Source: Lachnospiraceae bacterium (GTDB lineage: Bacteria; Bacillota; Clostridia; Lachnospirales; Lachnospiraceae). From it: a stretch of DNA of 40,000 nucleotides. The notes beneath the pieces were generated by a model. The model was given only the letters and a program-made list of their open reading frames with translations, was not told the DNA's origin and did no database searches. How positions within the stretch are numbered: the first letter of the stretch is position 1; each line of letters starts with the position of its first letter. Positions 23,598 through 33,189 of this stretch are shown piece after piece. The position numbers were made by a program, and so were the translations under genes. The stretch is from contig JAFQUB010000041.1 in assembly GCA_017408735.1 (NCBI GenBank), positions 89,373 through 129,372 on the forward strand. The letters run 5' to 3'.

Positions 23598-24026
23598 ATG
23601 TCAGATTTTAAAATGTTTATGAAAGGCAACAAAAAGAAAAAAGAAAATCAGAAGTATGCGGCAACCAAGAGCTTGGTAGACGAAAATGGGAAACCATTGG
23701 AGTGGGAGCTTAAGCATATTACATCAAAGGAAAACGAAGACATCAGAGATGAATGTACGACAGAAGTACAGGTTACCGGAAAATTCGGAATGTACAGAAA
23801 CAAAACCAACACTGCAGAGTATGTAAGAAAGTTAATTACGGCATCTGTTGTGCATCCGGATTTGGATAACACAGAACTGCAGAACTCCTATGGAGTTATG
23901 TGTGCGGAGGACTTGCTTATGGAAATGGTGGATGATCCGGGAGAATATGCAGACCTTGCACAGTATGTACAGGAGATGCAAGGATTTAAAACACTGCAGG
24001 AAGATGTAGACGAGGCAAAAAACTAA
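23598..24026 (+). CDS. Tail assembly chaperone (XkdN-like), zero-frame product
   Basis: GGAGGA RBS precedes ATG 23598. Positioned between the tube and tape-measure genes. It ends at a slippery heptamer. Confidence 0.75.
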   Translation: MSDFKMFMKGNKKKKENQKYAATKSLVDENGKPLEWELKHITSKENEDIRDECTTEVQVTGKFGMYRNKTNTAEYVRKLITASVVHPDLDNTELQNSYGVMCAEDLLMEMVDDPGEYADLAQYVQEMQGFKTLQEDVDEAKN

Positions 24027-24223
24027 TAGAGCAGGGCGACCCGGAGAGCGTGTATGCACATTACGCCCTGCAGGAGTTACATATATTGCCATCCGTATTT
24101 CTCAATATGGACCAGGAAGAAAAGGCATTTGTAATAGCGTCGATTAAACAACGTTCGGAAGACAATAAAAAAGAAGTAGATGACATAAAAAATCCGAAAA
24201 AAGGAAAACGGAGAAAGAGGTGA
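24017..24223 (+). CDS. -1 programmed-frameshift extension of the tail assembly chaperone (G/GT-type)
   Basis: Canonical A_AAA_AAC heptamer at 24017-24023 lies in the correct zero-frame phase, one codon before the stop. The -1 frame is open from 24023 to TGA at 24221-24223 (LIEQGDPESVYAHYALQELHILPSVFLNMDQEEKAF...). There is no start codon or RBS for an independent gene. Confidence 0.7.
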   Translation, partial: KKLIEQGDPESVYAHYALQELHILPSVFLNMDQEEKAFVIASIKQRSEDNKKEVDDIKNPKKGKRRKR

Positions 24224-24227
24224 TACC

Positions 24228-26465
24228 ATGGCGACAATTCAAAGTTCCATTGCGCTATATGATAACTTTAGCCCGGTTCTGCACAATATTATGGATGCCA
24301 TGAATCTGACGATTGCTGGTGTCTATGATTTGCAGGATTCTATGGATAATTCTCTTGATGTAAATAGCTTTGAAGCGGCTGAAAATGCAATACGACAAGC
24401 AGGAGCTGCCATGGAATCACTGGAACGTCAGGCGGAAGATGTAAACCGCTCTGTGCGGAATAATGAACGAGTGCAGGAAAGTTTTAATCAGGAAGTGAGA
24501 AATGGAGCAACAGCCTCGAATGAGTTATTGTCTACAATAAAGAAAGTTGCCGGAGCATATCTTACGATACAAGGTGTAAGCAATTTGATGGAGCTTTCGG
24601 ATTCTGTTGCACAGACAGAGGCAAGATTAAGCCTTATTGTGGACGATGGCGGAAGCGTGGAGGAATTGCAGCAGAAAATTTTTGATGCCGCACAGGATGC
24701 CAGAGCGGACTATATGACAACAGCAGATGCTATTTCCAAGCTTGGAACGCAGGCAGGAGAAGCTTTTGCGAGCGACGATGAATTAATTGCCTTTACAACC
24801 TTGTTGAATAAAGAATTTGTCAACGCTGGAACTTCCGCTCAGGGAATTGATTCCGTAATGCTACAGTTAACACAGTCCATGGCGGCAGGTAAGCTTCAAG
24901 GCGAGGAATTAAATGCCGTTTTGGATAATGCAGCACCGATTGTAAGTAAGATAAAAACCTATTTGGAAGAGGTGCAGGGAATTGATGCAACCAACATTAA
25001 AGAACTAGCGTCAGAGGGTGTAATAACGGCAGATGTTATAAAGAACGCGATGTTTTATGCATCGGATGAAATAAACCAGACGTTTGATTCTATGCCAATG
25101 ACCTTTGAACAGGTAACAAATTCTATAAAAAATAATGCATTGGATGCTTTTGACCCAGTATTACAGAAAATGAATGACATAGCCAACAGTGAAAATTTTG
25201 GTGGCATGGTAAACAGTATAATTGGTAATTTAAATGTGTTGGGAGCAGCAACCGCAGAGATAATGGATTCATTCGACCCCATATTACAGAAAATGAATGA
25301 TATAGCAAACAGTGAAAGCTTTAATGATATGGCAAATGGCGCTATTGGTGCATTAACAGTACTGGGAGAAACAGCCATAAAAGTAGTGGATTTTCTTGTT
25401 ACCGGGACGGAATTTATAATTGACAACTGGTCATGGATTGGACCTATTGTTTATGGTGTTGTAGGTGCACTTGTTGTTTATTATAGCTGGCAGTTATTGT
25501 GTGCAGCAGGAAGCGCCATTATGGCAGCGGGAATGGCTCTGTTAAGTGCAAATCCGATATTACTTATTGTTATGGCAATTGTTGTTTTGATTGGAGCAAT
25601 TTATGCCGTTAGTGCTAAGATTGCGGACATGACAGGGGTAGCAGAATCAGGCTTTGGAGTTATCTGCGGAGCAATTAATGTAGTTATCGCATTTTTTATC
25701 AATTTAGGATTAACTGCGACGAATATCAGTCTTGGCATTACAAATGCCATCCTTGCACTTTGTGGAAATATGCAAACAGCTTTTCATAACGCCATTTGCA
25801 ATGTACAGTCATGGTTTTATAACTTATTATCTACGGCATTAACGGTAATTGCCGGAATCTGTGAGGCATTAAATCAATTACCGTTTGTGGAATTTGATTA
25901 CTCTGGAATTACATCAAAAGCAGCGGAATATGCTTCAAAATCAGCGGAAGCGGCAGGAAAGAAAGAAGAATATGAATCTATATCAGATGCTTTTAACAAA
26001 GGAATGTCAACATTTAACACATTTCAGGATGGTTGGGCCTCAAGTGCATTCGCAGCCGGCGCAGCATGGGGTGATGGTATTTCAGAAAAAGTTTCTAATG
26101 CCTTTGATTTTGGTAGCGGAGATGAAAATACAACAACCTATAATCCGGCAGATTATCTTAGCGGTTTAGAAGGTGTAGCCAACAACGCTGCTGACAGTGC
26201 TGGAAGTGCTGCCGGAAATACGGCTGACATTTCCAATAACACCGCAGATATTGCAGATGCCCTTGATATAACAAATGATGAACTTAAGTACTTAAGGGAT
26301 ATAAAGGAACAGGAAGTTATTGATCGGACAGTTTACAGAGATATTATTGTGGATATTGGCGAAATGAAAAACACAGTAAAAAATGAAGCAGATTTGGATG
26401 GCATAGCCAGCAAACTGGCAAATCATATTACGGAGCAGATAAAAATAAGTGCGGAAGGGGTGTAA
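24228..26465 (+). CDS. Tape measure protein
   Basis: 745 aa with a helical N-terminal part, a central cluster of hydrophobic helices and an internal tandem repeat. Canonical position. Confidence 0.9.
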   Translation: MATIQSSIALYDNFSPVLHNIMDAMNLTIAGVYDLQDSMDNSLDVNSFEAAENAIRQAGAAMESLERQAEDVNRSVRNNERVQESFNQEVRNGATASNELLSTIKKVAGAYLTIQGVSNLMELSDSVAQTEARLSLIVDDGGSVEELQQKIFDAAQDARADYMTTADAISKLGTQAGEAFASDDELIAFTTLLNKEFVNAGTSAQGIDSVMLQLTQSMAAGKLQGEELNAVLDNAAPIVSKIKTYLEEVQGIDATNIKELASEGVITADVIKNAMFYASDEINQTFDSMPMTFEQVTNSIKNNALDAFDPVLQKMNDIANSENFGGMVNSIIGNLNVLGAATAEIMDSFDPILQKMNDIANSESFNDMANGAIGALTVLGETAIKVVDFLVTGTEFIIDNWSWIGPIVYGVVGALVVYYSWQLLCAAGSAIMAAGMALLSANPILLIVMAIVVLIGAIYAVSAKIADMTGVAESGFGVICGAINVVIAFFINLGLTATNISLGITNAILALCGNMQTAFHNAICNVQSWFYNLLSTALTVIAGICEALNQLPFVEFDYSGITSKAAEYASKSAEAAGKKEEYESISDAFNKGMSTFNTFQDGWASSAFAAGAAWGDGISEKVSNAFDFGSGDENTTTYNPADYLSGLEGVANNAADSAGSAAGNTADISNNTADIADALDITNDELKYLRDIKEQEVIDRTVYRDIIVDIGEMKNTVKNEADLDGIASKLANHITEQIKISAEGV
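25143..25388 (+). repeat. Tandem 123-bp (41-aa) duplication inside the tape measure gene
   Basis: DAFDPVLQKMNDIANSENFGGMVNSIIGNLNVLGAATAEIM / DSFDPILQKMNDIANSESFNDMANGAIGALTVLGETAIKVV. Confidence 0.85.
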
Positions 26466-26468
26466 GAA

Positions 26469-27170
26469 ATGGGAAATGGATACAGAATGTACTTAGGAAC
26501 ACATCTCATGCCGGTTCCACCGAAAAAGCTGGAGCTGAAAGTAAACAATAAAAATGAAACCATTGACCTTTTAAACGGTGGAGAAATAAATCTTGTAAAA
26601 CAGCCGGGGCTTACTGACATAAAATTTGACCTGCTGATACCAAATACAAAATTACCGTTTGCATCTTACAGGCATGGATTTAAGCGCGCCTATTATTATC
26701 TAAAAATTTTGGAAAGATACAAAACAGGTGAAAAGACGTTTAGTTTTATTTTATATAGGACTTTGCCGAATGGTACAAATACCTACCAGACAGCACTTAA
26801 AGTAACGCTGGAAGATTACACAATAAAGGAAGATGCCGAAAATGGACTTGATGTTATTGTAAGTATACAGCTTAAACAGCATGCTTCCTATGGTGCGAAA
26901 ACAGCAAAAATTGTAAAGGGTAAAGTATTAACAAGAAAGATGGGAAGACCACAAAAGGAAATAAAACTCCCAACAACACATAAGGTTACAAAAACGGACA
27001 CGATATGGTCCATCGCAAAAAAGTATTACGGTGATGAATTGAAGTATCTGCCAATAAGGAGAGCGAATAGCAAGATATCAAAGAATCCGGAAGATTTAAA
27101 ACCGGGAATGAAGCTTACTATTCCAAAGATAGGAACTACGGATAAAACCATGGGAAGCGCACAAAAGTAG
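26469..27170 (+). CDS. LysM-domain tail protein (XkdP-like)
   Basis: C-terminal LysM: HKVTKTDTIWSIAKKYYGD....I...N......LKPGMKLTIP. Confidence 0.8.
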   Translation: MGNGYRMYLGTHLMPVPPKKLELKVNNKNETIDLLNGGEINLVKQPGLTDIKFDLLIPNTKLPFASYRHGFKRAYYYLKILERYKTGEKTFSFILYRTLPNGTNTYQTALKVTLEDYTIKEDAENGLDVIVSIQLKQHASYGAKTAKIVKGKVLTRKMGRPQKEIKLPTTHKVTKTDTIWSIAKKYYGDELKYLPIRRANSKISKNPEDLKPGMKLTIPKIGTTDKTMGSAQK

Positions 27171-27180
27171 GTGACAGCAT

Positions 27181-28134
27181 ATGAATATCGGACTTTATAT
27201 TTTTAATGGAAAAACAAGATATGAGCCTGTGGTGCTGGAAGAAGTAAAAGTAACATGGCAGAGAAAAAATACTCCGGGAAAATTGGAGTTCAAAGTTCAC
27301 CGGAAAGGTCTAAAATGCACAGAAGGGAATGCTGTTGCCATGTACGTGGGAAAAGTAGCATTTTTCTATGGCTATATTTTCAAAAAAAGCCGGAGCGAGG
27401 AAGATATAATTTCCATAACAGCCTATGACCAGTTACGGTATCTTAAAAACAAAGATACCTATAACTATTCCGGAAAAGCGAGTGATTTTATAAAGAGAGT
27501 TGCCAGTGATTTTGGGATTAAAACAGGAAAAATTGCGGATACAAATTATTCCATTCCCCCACGAATAGAGGATAACAGCACCTTGTTTGATATGTTTCAA
27601 AATGCGTTAGACTTAACCATGGCAAATACAGGGAAAATATACACTTTATATGATAAGTTTGGAGAGCTTACGCTTTCTGATATGGACACAATGATAACAA
27701 ATGTGCTGATTGATAAAGATACCTGCACAGAACTGGACTACACTTCCAGTATTGATGATGATACTTATAATAAGATAAAGCTTACGTATGATAACGAAGA
27801 AACCGGAAAAAGGGATGTTTATATAGCAAAAGACTCCAGCAATATTAATAAATGGGGTGTCCTCCAGTATTATGACACCCTGCAGGAAGGCGAAAACGGA
27901 CAGGCGAAGGTAGAACAACTGCTTAAATACTATAACCGGAAAACCAGAAACTTAAGTGTAAAAAAAGCAATTGGCAGCACAAAAGTACGTGGTGGAAGTT
28001 ATATAGTTGCTGTGCTAAGTCTTGGAGATATCAATGTAAAGAATTATATGCTTGTTGAAAAAGTAGTGCATAAGTTCGAAGCCGGAAAACATTTTATGGA
28101 TCTTACACTTGCAGGAGGTGAGTTTGTTGAATAA
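27181..28134 (+). CDS. XkdQ/YqbQ-like baseplate hub (gpD-like) protein
   Basis: Size and position, plus the pattern V.W...R...PG.L.F.V.......G..V. Confidence 0.7.
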   Translation: MNIGLYIFNGKTRYEPVVLEEVKVTWQRKNTPGKLEFKVHRKGLKCTEGNAVAMYVGKVAFFYGYIFKKSRSEEDIISITAYDQLRYLKNKDTYNYSGKASDFIKRVASDFGIKTGKIADTNYSIPPRIEDNSTLFDMFQNALDLTMANTGKIYTLYDKFGELTLSDMDTMITNVLIDKDTCTELDYTSSIDDDTYNKIKLTYDNEETGKRDVYIAKDSSNINKWGVLQYYDTLQEGENGQAKVEQLLKYYNRKTRNLSVKKAIGSTKVRGGSYIVAVLSLGDINVKNYMLVEKVVHKFEAGKHFMDLTLAGGEFVE

Positions 28135-28381
28135 CGATGATTTGCTTAATGCGATAAAACAGGCTGCAATGGATGCCGTAAGGGCAAGTAAGCCAACGAC
28201 TGGGATTGAGGCAGAAATCATATCTCTGGAACCACTAAAAATAAAAGTAGATCAGAAGCTTACCCTTACAAAAGAATTTCTTATTATTACAAACGAAATG
28301 AATTTAAAGTTGAAAAAAGGAAAAGTGTTGCTGTTACAGCTTCAGGGCGGACAAAGGTATGTAGTACTTGGAACTTTATAG
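28127..28381 (+). CDS. DUF2577 (XkdR-like) baseplate protein; start TTG 28124/28127 (track gives 28109)
   Basis: GGAGGTG at 28114-28120. Pattern: I.SLEPLKIKVDQKLTL..EFLI........LKKG..V.LLQ.QGGQRYVVL. Confidence 0.65.
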   Translation: MNNDDLLNAIKQAAMDAVRASKPTTGIEAEIISLEPLKIKVDQKLTLTKEFLIITNEMNLKLKKGKVLLLQLQGGQRYVVLGTL

Positions 28382-28391
28382 GAGGTGCATT

Positions 28392-28805
28392 ATGGTACCG
28401 GAAACAGATATCGAACTGGATTATTTGGAGGGCATAGAGGAAGAAGCCGAAATGCCTTCTTTTGATTTTAAATTAAATACGGAAACCAACCGGTTAAGCG
28501 GTAATGTGGAAGATTTGGAAGCTGTAAAACAGGCTATTTTCCTTATTTTAAGTACGGAAAGAGGCGAACATGCAATCTATCCGGAGGACTATGGTGTGGA
28601 ATTTAATGATTTAATCGGACAGGATGTAGAATGGGTAATACCGGAATTAGAAATGAGGATTAAAGAAGCTTTAATGATGGATGAAAGAATAACAGAGGCG
28701 ACAGATTTTGCATTTGATACCAGTACAAAGGGTGTTATAACGGTTACATTTTCTGTAGAAAGTACAAAGGGAACAATTACAGTAGAAAAGGAGGTGCCGG
28801 TATAA
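28392..28805 (+). CDS. DUF2634 / gp25-W-like baseplate wedge protein (XkdS-like)
   Basis: TAGGAGGTG RBS precedes ATG 28392. Pattern: EAVKQAIFLILSTERGEHAIYPEDYGVEF.DLIG. Confidence 0.75.
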   Translation: MVPETDIELDYLEGIEEEAEMPSFDFKLNTETNRLSGNVEDLEAVKQAIFLILSTERGEHAIYPEDYGVEFNDLIGQDVEWVIPELEMRIKEALMMDERITEATDFAFDTSTKGVITVTFSVESTKGTITVEKEVPV

Positions 28806-29900
28806 ATGAATTTTGATGAAAAGACTTATGAGAGCCTTTTACAGGAGAAACTTGATATGGTGGACAATAAGTATGACAAAAGGGAATCTTCCCTGATTTA
28901 CAGCGCACTTGCACCAAACAGTATGGAAATCCGCTCCATGTACATTTTTATCCAGTGGGTTCTTGATAATATTTTTGGAGATACAGCAGAACGGGAATAT
29001 CTGGAAAGAATAGCTTTGTTTACAAAAGGGCTGATTCCGGCAAAGGCAACAAGAGCAGTGTACCGCCTTGAAACGAATCTACCGGTGGAAATAGGAAGCA
29101 AATTCACATCGGACGTAATGACATTTGAGGTTACGGAAGAAATGGAAAGTTTCGGAGGTTATTGCAATTATAGGGCACAGTGTAACGAATACGGAATTGC
29201 AGGAAATGGATATGCAGGAATAGCAATACCGGTGGAATACATACAGGGACTTGAACATTGCGAGCTTGTGGAACTACTGGTACCGGGAGAGGATGAAGAA
29301 GACACGGAAGTTTTCAGGCAGAGATGGAGAGATAGCTTTAATAATACAGCTTTTGGTGGAAATAAAGCGGATTATAAAGCAAAAGTAAACTCCATTGATG
29401 GAGTTGGAAACTGTAAAGTTTACAGGGCTACAGATAGCGCTGGGAATCGTGCAGGAGGATATGTAAAGATTACAATAATAAATTCCGAATTTGAAGCTCC
29501 AAGTACAACACTTGTGGATGCTGTGCAACAAGAAATAGATCCTACAAGAGATGGAGAAGGAAATGGACTGGCACCGATAGGACAAATAGTGACTATCACT
29601 GGTGTGGAATCAGTAACAATTAATGTGAAAATGACTGTAACCTGTTCCGGAACAGTGGTGTTTGATGATATTAAAAGTTTTATTGAAAGTGCCATTAAGA
29701 AGTATTTCAAAGGTCTTTCGGAGAACTGGTCGGAAGAAAAAAGCATTACAGTATACAGCCGACAGGTACAGGCTGCCATTATTACATCCGTAAAAGAAAT
29801 TGAAGATATAACATCATTTACGATGAATGAATCTGATGGAAATATTGAGCTGACATCGGACCAGATACCTGTGCTTGGAGGTGTTACAAATGAAGCGTAA
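28806..29900 (+). CDS. Baseplate J-like protein (XkdT-like)
   Basis: 364 aa in the canonical position, starting one nt after the previous stop. Confidence 0.8.
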   Translation: MNFDEKTYESLLQEKLDMVDNKYDKRESSLIYSALAPNSMEIRSMYIFIQWVLDNIFGDTAEREYLERIALFTKGLIPAKATRAVYRLETNLPVEIGSKFTSDVMTFEVTEEMESFGGYCNYRAQCNEYGIAGNGYAGIAIPVEYIQGLEHCELVELLVPGEDEEDTEVFRQRWRDSFNNTAFGGNKADYKAKVNSIDGVGNCKVYRATDSAGNRAGGYVKITIINSEFEAPSTTLVDAVQQEIDPTRDGEGNGLAPIGQIVTITGVESVTINVKMTVTCSGTVVFDDIKSFIESAIKKYFKGLSENWSEEKSITVYSRQVQAAIITSVKEIEDITSFTMNESDGNIELTSDQIPVLGGVTNEA

Positions 29901-30432
29901 TCTGATTGATTTTCTTCCAGATATATTTAAAACCTTTGAAGAATTCAAAGAAATCATGCGCGTGGAGCAAAAGCAGATTTCAGAACTGTGGGAAATAATT
30001 TATGGAATTATAAATGAGGCTCTGGTAGATGAAGCAACAGGTGAAGGTCTGAAACGATGGGAAAACATACTGAACATAACAGTATTCGATACAGATGACG
30101 TAAAAGTGCGTAGGCTTCGTATACAGGCGAAGATAATTGAGGATGTTCCATATACAGAACGTGTGTTAAACAATATTCTTACAGGTCTTTGTGGAGAAAA
30201 TGGTTTTATGTCCGCTTTAAATAACGAGGAATATACGCTGACGATTAAGGTGGCATTAACAAGTAAGAACTTAAAGGATGAAGTTGTTGCTATGTGCGAA
30301 AGGATTGTGCCGGCGAATATCGTCCTTGACATCGACTTGATGTACAACACACACGGAATACTTAGAGGGTATACGCATAAGCAACTTAGACAATTTACGC
30401 ACGGACAGTTAAGAAATGAGGTGTTGCCATGA
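29890..30432 (+). CDS. DUF2313 / XkdU-like tail protein
   Basis: GGAGGTG RBS precedes ATG 29890. N-terminal LIDFLPDIFKTFEEFKEIM pattern. Confidence 0.7.
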   Translation: MKRNLIDFLPDIFKTFEEFKEIMRVEQKQISELWEIIYGIINEALVDEATGEGLKRWENILNITVFDTDDVKVRRLRIQAKIIEDVPYTERVLNNILTGLCGENGFMSALNNEEYTLTIKVALTSKNLKDEVVAMCERIVPANIVLDIDLMYNTHGILRGYTHKQLRQFTHGQLRNEVLP

Positions 30433-31256
30433 AAAAAAGTGAAATTTATGAAATGAATCTTTTCGATGAAGACGATTTTTATTCGGAAGAACTAATTAAT
30501 GAAAACACGCAGAAAATAGAAGAAGTAATGAAAAGTTTAGAAAAACCGGAACATGATACTACAGAGCAGACAAACGTAGAAGAACTGGAATCCGGCGAAA
30601 GCTTAAAAATAGCACTTAGGAAGCTTGCTAAATCGGTAGCAGACTATATAAGCCACAAAGCAGACCAAGTGGCGCACATAACCGCAGCGGAACGCACTGC
30701 ATGGAACGCAAAGTTGGGCGCGGAAAAGATAGCGGCGAATTTAACAACAGATACAGATGGCATGGTATTGGCAGCGGCTATGGGAAAGAATTTAAAGGAG
30801 CAGATAGATACAAATGCGAATGCCATTAGTACACTAAACTCAAATTTATTTATCAATGCATGTCATAAAACAGTGGATATTTCACAAACAGGATGGTATA
30901 GAATTTGTTGCATGCCAAATCAGCATGGAGATAGTAATACTCCTTACTTTATTTGTATTGGGCAAAATTACTACAAGAATAAGCCTACAACTGCGGTGTT
31001 ACTTGCATCAGAATGCTATCAATATGGTTATTTAGAAAAAATAACTTCTCATAGGATGGATAGTAATAATTACACGATAGATAAAGTAAGGTTGGCTGGC
31101 TCAGTGAATGAAAAATATGTAGACGTCCATATTATATCCACATCAGCAAATTATTATAGCTTTTCGGTAACAGCGTCGCGAATTAGATGGGAATTAGGTT
31201 ATATAGATGATGCAGATGCAGGTACGGTATTTTCGGAAATTGACTTATTTAGTTAG
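30429..31256 (+). CDS. Tail fibre / receptor-binding protein: constant N-terminal 139 aa fused to currently expressed variable cassette A (136 aa)
   Basis: ATGA overlap with the XkdU-like gene. The constant part ends in ...NANAISTLNSN at crossover site S1. Confidence 0.85.
   Translation: MKKSEIYEMNLFDEDDFYSEELINENTQKIEEVMKSLEKPEHDTTEQTNVEELESGESLKIALRKLAKSVADYISHKADQVAHITAAERTAWNAKLGAEKIAANLTTDTDGMVLAAAMGKNLKEQIDTNANAISTLNSNLFINACHKTVDISQTGWYRICCMPNQHGDSNTPYFICIGQNYYKNKPTTAVLLASECYQYGYLEKITSHRMDSNNYTIDKVRLAGSVNEKYVDVHIISTSANYYSFSVTASRIRWELGYIDDADAGTVFSEIDLFS
30828..30849 (+). repeat. Crossover site S1 (AGTACACTAAACTCAAATTTAT)
   Basis: Contains the shared core TAAACTCAAAT (30835-30845). It is in frame as TLNSN. 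Confidence 0.85.
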
Positions 31257-31512
31257 GTCCTATAGTTACAACACTCACCCTTATATCCGTCGCGGCAGAT
31301 GTTGATTTAGGTAAGTACATCAATTTTCCGTTGGCGGGTATATATACTGTACCACCATCATGCACTTTATCTGCTGTTCCACAGTTAATTAAACTAATTG
31401 AAATAATGTTGCTATAGCTTCCGATTGTTGCAATTTCTACTGAAACACCCTCTGTTATAGCGCCATTATAAAAATATGTCCTACAAATTCCTGTTAGTTT
31501 ATTTGAGTTTAG
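31249..31512 (-). other. Silent tail-fibre C-terminal cassette B (LNSN + 83 aa), no start of its own at the site
   Basis: Part of minus ORF 31249..31539. It reads ..SSLNSNKLTGICRTYFYNGAITEGV... and lies tail-to-tail with cassette A (8-nt overlap). Confidence 0.75.
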
Positions 31513-31518
31513 TGAACT
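31497..31518 (-). repeat. Crossover site S2 (reverse complement AGTTCACTAAACTCAAATAAAC)
   Basis: Core at 31501-31511, inverted relative to S1. It shares a 14-bp identity, CACTAAACTCAAAT, with S1. Confidence 0.85.
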
Positions 31519-31556
31519 TCCGGAGTATCCTAAAACCAAAAACGGAGGATACGGAA

Positions 31557-32537
31557 ATGGAAGAAAGATTTAGAAGCGAACTATTAATGGGGTTGGCAGA
31601 ATTTAGCAAAGAAGTAACAGAAAAAGTGGACAGGTTGCTTATTGGATTATTGCAGCGGTACCAGATAACGCAAAAAACAACAGAATTGGCAGTATTCCAA
31701 GAAGATACAAATATTCTGTTAATGCAAAGGTATATCGCAAGCTTGCGACTAGAAGGAAAATCGGAAGCTACGTTGGAACAGTATAAGAGAGCGATAGAAA
31801 AGCTTTCAGAAAGCATTTATAAGGCTTTCAAAGACATTACAACAAATGATATCAGATGCCACCTGGCGCGATATCAGACAATTAGAAAAGTGTGCAAAGC
31901 CACATTGGATAATGAGCGCAGATACTTGTCTGCGTTCTTCCGTTGGCTTACGGTAGAAGAGTACATAGAAAAGAACCCCATGTTAAGAATAAAAAAGGTA
32001 AAATCGGAAAAGAAGATAAAGAAAGCATTTTCTGATTTGGAATTAGAGAAATTGCGTGGGGCTTGCAGAACAAAAAGAGAAAAAGCACTGATAGAGTTTT
32101 TCCTATCAACTGGGTGCAGAGTATCAGAAGTAGTTGGGTTAGATATAGACCATGTAGATTTTAGTAAGAAAGAATGTGTAGTGTTCGGAAAAGGTGGAAA
32201 GGAAAGGACGGTATATTTAACTGAAAGGTGCCTGTATTACTTGGAAGAATACTTAAAAAGCAGAGAGGAGCAGGGGACTTTATTTGCCGGGAAGAAAAAC
32301 CAAAGATGGAGCAAAGCGGCAATAGAAAAGTGTTTAAGGAGTATGGGAGAACGTGCAGGAGTGCAGAACGTGCATCCGCATAGATTTAGACGAACATTCG
32401 CAACAAATGCACTGAATAAGGGAATGCCATTGCAGTATGTGCAACGCATCCTAGGGCATACGTCTATGGATACTACACTTATTTATTGCGTTGTAGATAC
32501 AGAAAACATGAAATTAGAGCATAAGAAAGTAGCATAA
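31557..32537 (+). CDS. Tyrosine site-specific recombinase (XerC/D / Rci-like), putative shufflon invertase
   Basis: GGAGGA RBS precedes ATG 31557, internal to track ORF 31476..32537. It has an N-terminal SAM-like domain. Catalytic pattern: STGCRVSEV (R), HPHRFRRTFAT (HxxR), LGHTSMDTTLIY (H...Y). Its stop codon lies inside site S3. Confidence 0.85.
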   Translation: MEERFRSELLMGLAEFSKEVTEKVDRLLIGLLQRYQITQKTTELAVFQEDTNILLMQRYIASLRLEGKSEATLEQYKRAIEKLSESIYKAFKDITTNDIRCHLARYQTIRKVCKATLDNERRYLSAFFRWLTVEEYIEKNPMLRIKKVKSEKKIKKAFSDLELEKLRGACRTKREKALIEFFLSTGCRVSEVVGLDIDHVDFSKKECVVFGKGGKERTVYLTERCLYYLEEYLKSREEQGTLFAGKKNQRWSKAAIEKCLRSMGERAGVQNVHPHRFRRTFATNALNKGMPLQYVQRILGHTSMDTTLIYCVVDTENMKLEHKKVA

Positions 32538-32558
32538 GTACTATAAACTCAAATTCTT
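32537..32558 (+). repeat. Crossover site S3 (AGTACTATAAACTCAAATTCTT)
   Basis: Core at 32544-32554, same orientation as S1. The upstream AGTAC is also shared with S1. Confidence 0.8.
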
Positions 32559-32884
32559 CTGGAATTAAAAAACAACTTAACGCTGGCGAATCCGCATACA
32601 TATACATTAACGATGGTAACGGAACTGGTGGAATTGTGCTAATTTCTGTATGGCGAGAAACTGCAAATCTTAGAGGAATATATATGGCGCAACCAGGGAA
32701 TGGTAATAACACAAACCAATATCAAGAGTCAACCGTTATTGCATTAAAAGAGCTATCCAGTATATCCGTAGAAGCTGCGGTGGATTCAAAATATTCGTCC
32801 GTGAAAATAACAAATAATCACACTTCCGCAGTATGTGTAAGAGCAGTTTCATTATGTGGAAGTCAACCAGAATGGATTTCATAA
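32546..32884 (+). other. Silent tail-fibre C-terminal cassette C (NSN + 109 aa)
   Basis: The frame is open from the site through track ORF 32636..32884 (..INSNSSGIKKQLNAGESAYIYINDGNGTGG...). No RBS or start at the site. Confidence 0.7.
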
Positions 32885-32892
32885 TTCTTATA

Positions 32893-33189
32893 TTATAGCA
32901 ACTTTAATTTTGTTGAACTAATATTAATACCAGTACCTAACTCACTGGATGCTGTTATTGTTACGCCAGTTGAATTAATTGTTACAGTTAACATACTTGA
33001 TAGATTTCCACAAATCCAGCTAAAATAAGAACCATCAGCGTAACCCGTTAGGTCGAGGTATGCAAGACCATTTCGAGGCCAGATACCGTTTTGTGAAAAA
33101 TGCAGTAAATACCTCCCTTTATCAAAAGAAATATCTTTTGAAGAATCTGAATTTAAGATACTATGATTCTTATATAAATTTGAGTTTAG
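32893..33189 (-). other. Silent tail-fibre C-terminal cassette D (LNSN + 94 aa)
   Basis: Reverse strand reads LNSNLYKNHSILNSDSSKDISFDKGRYLLHFSQNGIWPRNG...STKLKLL*. An in-frame stop lies just upstream of the site. It is tail-to-tail with cassette C and absent from the ORF track because it has no Met. Confidence 0.7.

Noticed and set aside
31557-32537. Tyrosine recombinase as the prophage integrase
   Set aside because: It sits in the middle of the tail-fibre region, between paired promoterless fibre cassettes and four copies of a crossover site. It is about 2.7 kb from the phage end, and the lysis genes lie between it and the junction. An invertase role fits better. The true integrase, if any, is probably beyond the left window edge.
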